Of a DNA stretch of 64,000 nucleotides, positions 43,475 through 51,719 are shown piece by piece. The notes below the pieces were generated by a model. It was not told the origin of the DNA, ran no database searches, and saw only the letters and a program-made list of their open reading frames with translations. The translations under genes were made by a program, and so were the position numbers. Source of the DNA: Thecamonas trahens ATCC 50062 (taxonomy: Eukaryota > Protista > Apusomonadida); NCBI RefSeq assembly GCF_000142905.1, contig NW_013657613.1:90231-154230 (forward strand), read 5' to 3'. Numbering within the stretch: position 1 is the first letter of the stretch; every line of letters starts with the position of its first letter.

Positions 43475-46018
43475 ATGCTTCGTGAACGAGTGGCGGCTCG
43501 AGAAGGAGGCGGCGGAGTGGGCGAGGTGGCGACCGATGCGGGAAGAGGCGCGACGGGCGCCACAGGCTTGGGCGCCATGGCGGTACATTCCGGAGGGAGA
43601 TTGGAACATGGCGGAGGGCTGAGTCGAGGAGCGGTGGCGATCCTAGGCTGTGTGGCTCTGCTGGTGGTGTGGATGCTGGCGACTCATCTGCCGTCGCGCG
43701 AGTCGATGGCGTTGGCGGTGATGGGCGGTGGCAGTGATCCGCCGGCGCTCCCGAAGCGGTTGCCGTGGCTCTCGTTTGCGCCGGCGTACGAGCCGACGCT
43801 TGTGGTGTACGCGTACTATGAAAATGTCAAGCACGGGTACGATGCTAATCTGCGGTATCTGCTCGCCACCATTGCGCCTGATGACGGCGTCGACTACGTG
43901 TTTGTGGTCAACGGCGTGTCCAGCCGCATCGAGTGGCCGTCGTACGAGAATGTGCGAGTGGTGAGCAAGGGTAACGAGTGTTACGACTTTGGCGGCTATG
44001 CCGCGGGCCTGCTGGCGGCGGCAGGCATGTCGTCGGCGTCGGTCGTCGACGATGCTGCCGAACTCTCGGTCGCGCTCGCGGCCAAGTACTCGCGGTTTGT
44101 GCTGATGAACGGCTCTGTGCGTGGCCCGTTTGTGCCGGCATATGTGGGTAGGGAGCTTGGGCACTGGACCGACTTGCTGGGCTCACTCCTGAGCCAGACG
44201 GTCAAGCTCGCGGGGACGACGATCAACTGCCAATGCGCGCGCAAGCCCGGCAGCGACGACCGGTGCTCGCCGCATGTCCAGTCGATGGTTCTTGTGACGG
44301 ACACGATTGGGCTCAACGTGCTCCTTGCTTCGGGCTCGGTCTTCAAGTGCTACACCGAGATCTACGACGTGGTCTACTACTCGGAGCTTGGGGCGTCTGC
44401 GGTAGTCCGCGAGGCCGGCTACGACATTGCCTCGCTGCTGATCAAGTACGACGGAGCCACGTTTGTCGGACCGGACACGATGGCGTGCAACGCCAAGGGC
44501 AATCCAACATACCAGAACCACTACGACGGCAACATGCTGCACCCGCTTGAGGGCATGTTTGTCAAGTCCAAGGCCAATCAGTCGACGCTGGCCGACATGG
44601 TCGCGCTCCTCTCGCCGCCTGATCTGACGCCATCCCTGCCGCCGGCGCGGGTGCCAGCACCGGCCACCGGTCTCCCGCCGCTGGATCGGCGGCTGTGGGG
44701 CGCGACGTTGGCGGCACACGCCACGCTCGCGTCGGCGTGTGGGCTTGCGTCCAACGTGTCAGTCGCGGCGTGGATGGGGACGCCGACGGCGGCGCGTGCC
44801 GATGGTGGAGGCATCGCACACGCCCAACTGCCGCACGCGTCGGCGCACAGCCACGGCCACACACCGTTGGTGCGCTCGGATCCGGCGCTGGCGCTGGGTG
44901 TGGTGGCACCGGAGCGGCGGGCGTGGGTGAGCCGTGGGTGCAAGGCGCTGGCGAAGACCCGCTCGTGGCCGCGGCTGCACCACTCGCTGCCGGTGCTCCT
45001 TCCGGGCGTCGCCGAGCTCCCTGCCGAGCCGTCGCCGACGCGGCCGAGCGCACAGCGCAGCGTGGACAAGGGCGATGCCAGGGCGCTGGTTGTCGTGCCT
45101 GTGGCGAGTCTGCCAACGCCGCGGCAGGCGGACAACATTGCGTGGCTGGCGGCACGGAGTCGCGGCGCGAAGCTGCTCCTCCTTGCAGCGTCGGAGGCTA
45201 TTGCTCGTGAGCTCAAGGCTGCCGGAATGACCGCAGCCGCGACGGTGCGGGTTGTGGAATGCAAGCGAGAAGTTGATGAGGCCGGGTTGCTCGCGGCGGT
45301 CGAGGCCGACGTGATTGACGTTGCACAGGCCTCGGTTGTGGTGGCGGTCTCGGCCTCGCTCCGCGGACCATTTCTTCCTGTCTACGCCAAGGGCATCGCA
45401 TGGTGGGATCTAGTGAGGAGGGCGGAGGGCGACACGGAGTGCGCGTCGTCGCGGATATACGGGGGGTACCTGTTCCGGATAGCGACGGACTGGAGCGGGG
45501 TGCTCGATCCGAGCTCGGCTGTGACCGGGCTCGCGCTTACAGCATGTGGCACTGTGCCGGGCGCGGTCTCCCCGCTGGAGACCGTGTTTGTGCCGTACGG
45601 ATCTGCCGCGGACGACGATACGCTGACGGGTGGCTGGGCAAGGGCTTACTCGCGTTACGCCGAGGCACCGGATCGCGACGCCAACGCGCTGGCGCCGACG
45701 GCTGCGGTGGCGGCTGGAGCCGACGACGCGCTCGCGCTGGAGCTTGCGGTCATGGCGGCATGCGATCTCGAGTTTGACGACGAGTACTTTCAAAAGCGGC
45801 ACAACTATGTGCTCGCGCCGGGCGGTGGGTACCTCCCGCTCTTTGCCGAGTACGACGATGGCTTTGCGTTCTGGAAGGCCGAAGGCTTCCGCACCGGCAA
45901 GCACTACAAGTTCCGTCCGGCGAGCAACGGCCTCGCCGGCTCGGCCTGCCACGGCCTCACCCTCTACGCGCGGCAGTACAACGGCATGGTTGTGTTGGCG
46001 CATCCGTCCGAGTACTAG
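43475..46018 (+). CDS. Type-II membrane putative glycosyltransferase (RgpF-like motifs) with a second degenerate domain copy
   Basis: TM segment AVAILGCVALLVVWML. Motifs LVVYAYYE, NLRYLL, NECYDFG, FVLMNGSVRGPFVP, PHVQS, ELGAS and HPLEGMFVK. The second copy has SASLRGPFLP..SPLETVF. The start is uncertain (43010, 43475 or 43577). Confidence 0.7.
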   Translation: MLRERVAAREGGGGVGEVATDAGRGATGATGLGAMAVHSGGRLEHGGGLSRGAVAILGCVALLVVWMLATHLPSRESMALAVMGGGSDPPALPKRLPWLSFAPAYEPTLVVYAYYENVKHGYDANLRYLLATIAPDDGVDYVFVVNGVSSRIEWPSYENVRVVSKGNECYDFGGYAAGLLAAAGMSSASVVDDAAELSVALAAKYSRFVLMNGSVRGPFVPAYVGRELGHWTDLLGSLLSQTVKLAGTTINCQCARKPGSDDRCSPHVQSMVLVTDTIGLNVLLASGSVFKCYTEIYDVVYYSELGASAVVREAGYDIASLLIKYDGATFVGPDTMACNAKGNPTYQNHYDGNMLHPLEGMFVKSKANQSTLADMVALLSPPDLTPSLPPARVPAPATGLPPLDRRLWGATLAAHATLASACGLASNVSVAAWMGTPTAARADGGGIAHAQLPHASAHSHGHTPLVRSDPALALGVVAPERRAWVSRGCKALAKTRSWPRLHHSLPVLLPGVAELPAEPSPTRPSAQRSVDKGDARALVVVPVASLPTPRQADNIAWLAARSRGAKLLLLAASEAIARELKAAGMTAAATVRVVECKREVDEAGLLAAVEADVIDVAQASVVVAVSASLRGPFLPVYAKGIAWWDLVRRAEGDTECASSRIYGGYLFRIATDWSGVLDPSSAVTGLALTACGTVPGAVSPLETVFVPYGSAADDDTLTGGWARAYSRYAEAPDRDANALAPTAAVAAGADDALALELAVMAACDLEFDDEYFQKRHNYVLAPGGGYLPLFAEYDDGFAFWKAEGFRTGKHYKFRPASNGLAGSACHGLTLYARQYNGMVVLAHPSEY

Positions 46019-46044
46019 CCAGGCATCGTTGGGTGGTTGCGCTT

Positions 46045-46280
46045 GTGGTTGTGGTTGTGGTTGTGGTTGTGGCTGTGATTGTGATTGTGATTGTGATTGT
46101 GATTGTGATTGAGGTTGTGGTTGTGGTTGTGGTTGTGGTTGTGGTTGTGATTGTGATTGTGATTGTGATTGTGATTGTGATTGTGATTGTGATTGTGATT
46201 GTGATTGTGATTGTGATTGTGATTGTGATTGTGATTGTGATTGAGGTTGTGGTTGTGATTGAGGTTGTGGTTGTGGTTGT
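46045..46280. repeat. (GTGATT)n/(GTGGTT)n hexamer microsatellite
   Basis: Read directly upstream of COX10. Confidence 0.95.
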
Positions 46281-46489
46281 ATGTGTTATCGACGTTGAGA
46301 TATTACGATTAATCGCTGCAGACATTGTGATTCATCGTTGTGAACAATCGTTGTGGTGAATCATTCAGTTAATCGTTGGCTATGGTCGGCCGAAATGATG
46401 TCCCCTTCACTCACTTCAGGCGTTTTGAGCGGCAAAAGACGGCCATCGTTTGCCACTCGGCTCGTTCCTCCCCTTTTTGGTTTTCAGCC

Positions 46490-47716
46490 ATGTTCCGGGG
46501 AGCGGTGATTGGCCGTGGCCTGCTTGGCGGCGGACGGATGTGCGGTCTGCAGCAGCTGAGGGGCGCCATGCGTAGCATGAGCATGAGCAGCAACAACAGC
46601 AGTGGCTCAGAATCTATGAAAGCACCTACCAATGCCGTGGCGGCAGCAGTGGAGGCAGCAGCAGCAGCAGCAGGAGCAGCAGGAGGCAGAGCGGGTGGCA
46701 CTCAAGGCAGCGCGACATCCACGGCTGAGGCGACGACGACGACGACGACGGGGAGCAGGAGCAAGGACATGGGGGAGAGTATGGGCATTGCAGGGCATCT
46801 CAAAGCATACGCTGGACTGTCAAAGGCCAGACTCTCTCTATTGGTCGTCCTTACATCTGCTGCTGGCTATGGTATGGCTCCAGCTGCGCTCTGTACCCTC
46901 CCTCATGGCGCGGCTATGATGGCTACGGCAGTCGGAACAGGCCTCTGTGCCGGTGCTGCCAATGCTCTCAATCAGAGCATCGAAGTTGCTCATGATTCAA
47001 AGATGCATCGGACAAAGACCCGCATCTTGCCCACCGGCAAGCTCTCCGTCAACCATGCGCTTGGCTTTGCTGCTGCCTCGGGCACGGCCGGTGTCGGGCT
47101 CCTCGCCGCTGCCTCCAACCCGCTCACCGCTGCTCTGGGCGCCGGCAACATTGCCCTCTACGCAGGCCTCTACACTCCGCTCAAGCGAGTGCATGAGATC
47201 AACACCTGGGTCGGCGCCCTCGTCGGTGCCATCCCGCCCATGATGGGCTACGCTGCCTGCATGGGCACCATCGATGCCACTGCTGTCTACCTCGGCGCCA
47301 CCCTGTTCTCATGGCAGATGCCGCACTTTATGGCTCTCGGCTACAACCTCAAGGACGACTACCTGCGCGGCGGGTACAAGATGATGCCGTCGTTTGATGC
47401 GCCCAAGGCTGCGGCGGTCTCGCTCCGGCACTCGGCTGCACTGGGCGCTATGGGCGTCGCCGCCCCGCTCATGGGCCTCACGACCCCGCTCTTTGCCCTC
47501 GGCGCCACCGGCGTCAACGCCATCCTCATCGCCCGTGCTTGGTCGTTCTACTCTTCGCCAAACAACGCCACCGCACGCGCGCTCTTCCGCACCACCCTCT
47601 GGCACCTCCCGCTCCTCCTCACCATCATGCTGCTGACCAAGGCCGCGCTGGAGGACGAGGCCGCGCCGGCTGAGGACGCCGACCGCGGCGCCGATGTGCC
47701 GGCTGCAGTGGCATGA
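46490..47716 (+). CDS. COX10: Protoheme IX farnesyltransferase (heme O synthase), mitochondrial
   Basis: Motifs LSKARLSLLVV, ANALNQ..E...DSKMHRTKTR.LP, YTPLKR, NTWVGALVGAIPPMMG, WQMPHF and DDYLRGGYKM. Arg-rich presequence from ATG 46490. Confidence 0.96.
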   Translation: MFRGAVIGRGLLGGGRMCGLQQLRGAMRSMSMSSNNSSGSESMKAPTNAVAAAVEAAAAAAGAAGGRAGGTQGSATSTAEATTTTTTGSRSKDMGESMGIAGHLKAYAGLSKARLSLLVVLTSAAGYGMAPAALCTLPHGAAMMATAVGTGLCAGAANALNQSIEVAHDSKMHRTKTRILPTGKLSVNHALGFAAASGTAGVGLLAAASNPLTAALGAGNIALYAGLYTPLKRVHEINTWVGALVGAIPPMMGYAACMGTIDATAVYLGATLFSWQMPHFMALGYNLKDDYLRGGYKMMPSFDAPKAAAVSLRHSAALGAMGVAAPLMGLTTPLFALGATGVNAILIARAWSFYSSPNNATARALFRTTLWHLPLLLTIMLLTKAALEDEAAPAEDADRGADVPAAVA

Positions 47717-47806
47717 GTCACTCGCGAACCGAGTATTCACGCACTCACTACTCCCCCCCGAGTCTGCGATGGAAGGCCGACCTGCAGCGCTGTCGCTGCC
47801 GGCGGC

Positions 47807-48853
47807 TTAGGCCGACTCGCGGCGTGCGGCGGCGCGGCCGCCATGGGCGAGGACTACGGCGAGAACAAGCGGCGCAATCGAGTCAGCGGCATGGTTGACA
47901 AAGTCGTTAAAGTCTGCTGCAGCATCGCCTTCCATGGTGTCCGAGAGGGCGCGGACAACAAGGTACGGGACGCCAAAGGCGTGGCAAATCTGGCCAACGG
48001 CAGCAGCTTCCATGTCGACCGCCAGCGGCGAGCCGAGCTTCTCCCACAGCGGGCGGAGCTCGTTCTTGCGCGCCGTCGTCACAAACTCGGAGCCTGTCAC
48101 CACCCGACCGATGTGGAGGGCGGCATCCGGAGCGAGGACTTGCGGAGCGGCGTCTGACGCGAGCTGGAGTAGGACTGGATCGGCGGCAAAGGAGCGGAGA
48201 CCGTCAAGAAAGGGTAGCTCGCCACGCTTGTGGACGTAGTCGGGCTTGTGCGGGAGGACCAGGGCAGTGACGTCCATGTCGTAGTTGATGGTATCCGCCG
48301 CCAGGATGACATCGCCAACCATGTGATGGCCCATGAGACCGCCAGCCACGCCCGAGAACAGCACCGCATCGACATTGAATGCCGTGATAAGCATGGTGGC
48401 CACTGCAGCAGCATACACTTGGCCCACGTTGGATGCCACCAGCACCACATCGACCTCGGCAGCACAGCATTCCGATCCAGTTTCCGCACCAGGCACAGGC
48501 ACATCGGCTGCAAGCGCATCGGCTGTAGGCGCATCTGCGGCAGGCGCATCGGTATCGGTATTGGCGTTGGCAGGCGCATCGGCATCAGTATTGGTGTTGG
48601 CAGGCGCATCGGTATCGGTATTGGTGTTGGCAGGCGCATCGGTATCGGTATTGGCGTTGGCAGGCGCAGTCACATCGGCCGCAGCGACGAGGCAATGACC
48701 GCAGGGCGCAGCGGGCGAGCACCTTGCCTTGCCGAGATGAAAGGTAAAGAGGGAGCCCTTTGAGACGACAGTCACTTCGGTGAGTGCCTTGCGAAGGAGA
48801 GCAATCTCCACACCCATGGCTCCAATGATGCCGTAACTCCGTCGGTCGCTCAT
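47807..48853 (-). CDS. mtnN: 5'-methylthioadenosine/S-adenosylhomocysteine nucleosidase with a repeat insertion
   Basis: Motifs GIIGAMGVE, VG.VYAA, FSGVAGGL, GDVILA, YDMDVT, TGSEFV, AVDMEAAAVGQIC and VVRALSD. Confidence 0.9.
   Translation of the reverse strand: MSDRRSYGIIGAMGVEIALLRKALTEVTVVSKGSLFTFHLGKARCSPAAPCGHCLVAAADVTAPANANTDTDAPANTNTDTDAPANTNTDADAPANANTDTDAPAADAPTADALAADVPVPGAETGSECCAAEVDVVLVASNVGQVYAAAVATMLITAFNVDAVLFSGVAGGLMGHHMVGDVILAADTINYDMDVTALVLPHKPDYVHKRGELPFLDGLRSFAADPVLLQLASDAAPQVLAPDAALHIGRVVTGSEFVTTARKNELRPLWEKLGSPLAVDMEAAAVGQICHAFGVPYLVVRALSDTMEGDAAADFNDFVNHAADSIAPLVLAVVLAHGGRAAARRESA
48525..48670 (-). repeat. In-frame 30-bp tandem repeat (APANTNTDTD-like) x4
   Basis: Read directly inside the nucleosidase CDS. 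Confidence 0.9.
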
Positions 48854-49426
48854 ATGCTTTGTCTGCGGCGGAGATGAATGTGTTGGGAGGGGGGAGGAGG
48901 GAGGAGGGATGAGGAGCGGCTGACACAGTGACGGCGATCTGCACGTGGAGGGGGGTGAGCGGGGGGGGGGGAATCGGATGGTTGGCCTCTCAGAGTGGTG
49001 ATGGGGGGTGGTAGGGGAGGGGATGGCGGAGGTGATCGGGTTGGGTATGGGGAGGGGGGGGGGGGCTAAGCAGACGTGATGGGGGGAAGTGACCTATGGC
49101 GATGGATGGTGACGGGATGGACAGCCATGGTGATGATGGCGCCCAGCAGCTCACTTCCGACCATCACCAAGGTACTCTCATCCCCCACCGAGTCTATCGA
49201 TTGAAATGGGGTGGACAGTGCAAGTCATCGGGGAAGGCGGCTGTTCCGGGCGTGCGGGCAAGTCGGGCATGTCGGGCATGTCGGGCATGTCGGGCATGTC
49301 AGGCAGGCGGACAAGGCGGGCGGGGTAGAGACGGATTGGCGGATATCACCGCACTCTTCGAAGAGAGCAGGAGCGGCAGAGGGAGAGAGGGAGAGAGAGA
49401 GAGAGAGAGAGAGGGCCAAGTCGAGG

Positions 49427-51349
49427 ATGAGTCTAAGTAGCATGCCCTCTATGGGTATGCTGGCTGAGGGACGTGGAGGAGGAAGGCATGAGGCAGGGAG
49501 AGTCATTGGTGTGGTCGTGGCTCTGGTCGCCTTCCTCGCATCTTCGCTCCCTCCTGCCACTGCTGTCTTCCGATGGCTATTTGCGAAAAAGGATTTCGAT
49601 TATCCCATGGCTGCTGTGGTTGCTGCCAGCAGCATTCCCTTTGTAATGGCCATACTCTACTTTGCTGCGGTTGCTATGGCTTTCACTCCTTGGAGATCTT
49701 GGCGCTGTGGTGTTCATTCAGATCGCGCTCCGCATGCTCCGCCCTATCTCTCGCTCGTACGATTACTTTATGTTGGTGATCTCGTTGTCATTGTCTTGCT
49801 TTATGGTCTTGCTCATCTTGGTCTCGCGGTGGCTCTTGTATCGCTTCCGGTGCCGATGGTCCTGGCTTTGAGAGCTGCTCTGGCTCAGGCATGCTCGGCT
49901 GCGCTCCTCGTCCTGCGGTCGGATCGCGGACCGCTGGCCACGCTGCTGCCGGCCTTGGGTATGGGGGCACTCTGTCTGGTCATGGCCGTTGTCTTCATCT
50001 TTGTCGATTACGATGACGGCCTCGCCTTCCGCTCGCTGTCAACGAGCCAGGTCGCGGCGCTGGGCGTGCTCGCCGGCTCACGCGCTGCCGAGTTTGCCAC
50101 CGGAGCTGTGCTTCGGACGCTGACCGCGCTGCGCTGTGGGAGGGCGGCAGCCAGCGTGGCGCCCGTCGAGCTTACCGCCGACGAGGAAGCCGAGCAGGCT
50201 GCTCCGCGCGAGCTGCGATCGGCGCTCGGCCCGTTTGGTCGAGTCTGGGCCCACAACCCGGCATGGGCCGCGCACCTCTCCGAGGTCCGCGACACTGGCG
50301 TGTACGACGGCGAGCTTGTAGGCTTCTCGCGCGAGGCCACATTTGAGCTGCATGCACTGTGCGCCCTAGCGCTGCTGCCGCTGGCGGCCGGCGGTATGCT
50401 CGTCCGCGGCACGCCGCTGGCGGTTCTCGGCGACGTCGTGGCTGATGCGGCGAGCTCCGGCCGCGCGTTTCGGATTCTGTCGTCGCTCGTCTGGCTGGCC
50501 GCCATCCAGGCTGTGCGGCCGGTGGCTAACGCCCACATTGTCCTCCATGAGCACTCGGTGACGTACGTGACGGGCTCGGTGGTTGCGCTTGCCGCTGGCG
50601 TCGGCGGCGCGGTGGTGGTCATCCCCGGCGAGGCCGAGTCAGTCGGTGTACTTCAGTTTGTGGCCGTAGTTGTCATCCTCGCCTGTTTCAGCCTCTCGTG
50701 GCGGGTCACTTCCACCCTCCAGAAGCGGGCAACCAATGCTGCTCACGCCGAGACGCTCGTCCGCCTCCTTCCGCAACTGGCCGGCGCCATCGACATGGAC
50801 GCATACGTTGCGTCGGCGGCCGCCAGCCGGGGGGCCGGTGGCGGCGGCGGCCTCGAGCTTTCCTCGAACCAGCACTTGCTCGCGATGGAGCAATCATCGC
50901 TGGCGTCTGGGCATGGCAGAGGCAGCAGAGGTGCCGGCGCCGGCGACGACGGCGCCACCGGCCCGCTTGCTCTCAAGTCGCTCCTTGCCCGTGATTACTC
51001 GCACATCGGAGTTGAGGACGAGAGGCAGCTTGCGCGGCAGTCGTCGTTGCGGCCGACGCCGCTGGAGCGGCTCGACGCCCGGCGGAGCGAGTTTGCGGCT
51101 GCAGCAGCAGCTGAAGCCGAAGCCGAGGCCGCAGCAACTGCAGCATCGGCAGCAGCGGCAGCGGCAGCAGACGAGGTCGAGGCGGCGAATAGGCACCAAG
51201 CCGAGGTGGCGACTGATGTAGATGGTGCCACGCACGATGATGCCATCGGTCGGCCGGGCACGCCTGGCCCACGCCCGCCAAGCTCGACAACCCCTGCGAG
51301 ACAGGCGTCGGTCCGGAGCGCGATATCGCCGGCGTCGTCGTTGAGGTGA
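49427..51349 (+). CDS. Multi-pass membrane protein, weakly SLC35/triose-phosphate transporter (DMT)-like
   Basis: About 10 hydrophobic segments. WLFAKKDFDYP follows TM1, resembling the TPT-family 'F.YP'. Low-complexity C-terminal tail. Confidence 0.6.
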   Translation: MSLSSMPSMGMLAEGRGGGRHEAGRVIGVVVALVAFLASSLPPATAVFRWLFAKKDFDYPMAAVVAASSIPFVMAILYFAAVAMAFTPWRSWRCGVHSDRAPHAPPYLSLVRLLYVGDLVVIVLLYGLAHLGLAVALVSLPVPMVLALRAALAQACSAALLVLRSDRGPLATLLPALGMGALCLVMAVVFIFVDYDDGLAFRSLSTSQVAALGVLAGSRAAEFATGAVLRTLTALRCGRAAASVAPVELTADEEAEQAAPRELRSALGPFGRVWAHNPAWAAHLSEVRDTGVYDGELVGFSREATFELHALCALALLPLAAGGMLVRGTPLAVLGDVVADAASSGRAFRILSSLVWLAAIQAVRPVANAHIVLHEHSVTYVTGSVVALAAGVGGAVVVIPGEAESVGVLQFVAVVVILACFSLSWRVTSTLQKRATNAAHAETLVRLLPQLAGAIDMDAYVASAAASRGAGGGGGLELSSNQHLLAMEQSSLASGHGRGSRGAGAGDDGATGPLALKSLLARDYSHIGVEDERQLARQSSLRPTPLERLDARRSEFAAAAAAEAEAEAAATAASAAAAAAADEVEAANRHQAEVATDVDGATHDDAIGRPGTPGPRPPSSTTPARQASVRSAISPASSLR

Positions 51350-51719
51350 TTTGATGCCTCGGTTGCAAACCTGCGTAAACTTCATACGGTGTGGCGAGGA
51401 CAGGCCGTATCGCCAGCCGCAAAGTTCGGCGCCGCTCGTGTCCAAGCTGCATGACAGCCGGCGGCCGGTCCGGAGCAGCACAGCTCACCTGTTGGTTGCG
51501 TGATGGCGGGAAGGACGGGGGGGGGGGGGAGGGGAGGGGGGGAGGGCCAGGCGTAGTGTGGCTTGGTGGACGTTGGCGAGGCAGAGAACATGTGAATATA
51601 TTTTTTTGCAACTCGATCCGACGGAACGTGGTCTTCACACCGTTTGATGGACACGGTTTGCGCGTGTTTATTGCTGGCCAACGTCGAGCCGCATTCTCGT
51701 TCTCTCTAGAACCGACACG

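Noticed and set aside
46045-46280. Telomere-like repeat
   Set aside because: GTGATT/GTGGTT is internal, lies between genes and is not TTAGGG-like, so I treated it as a microsatellite.
5319-47716. Isoprenoid gene cluster (squalene synthase + COX10)
   Set aside because: The genes are ~39 kb apart with many unrelated genes between them.
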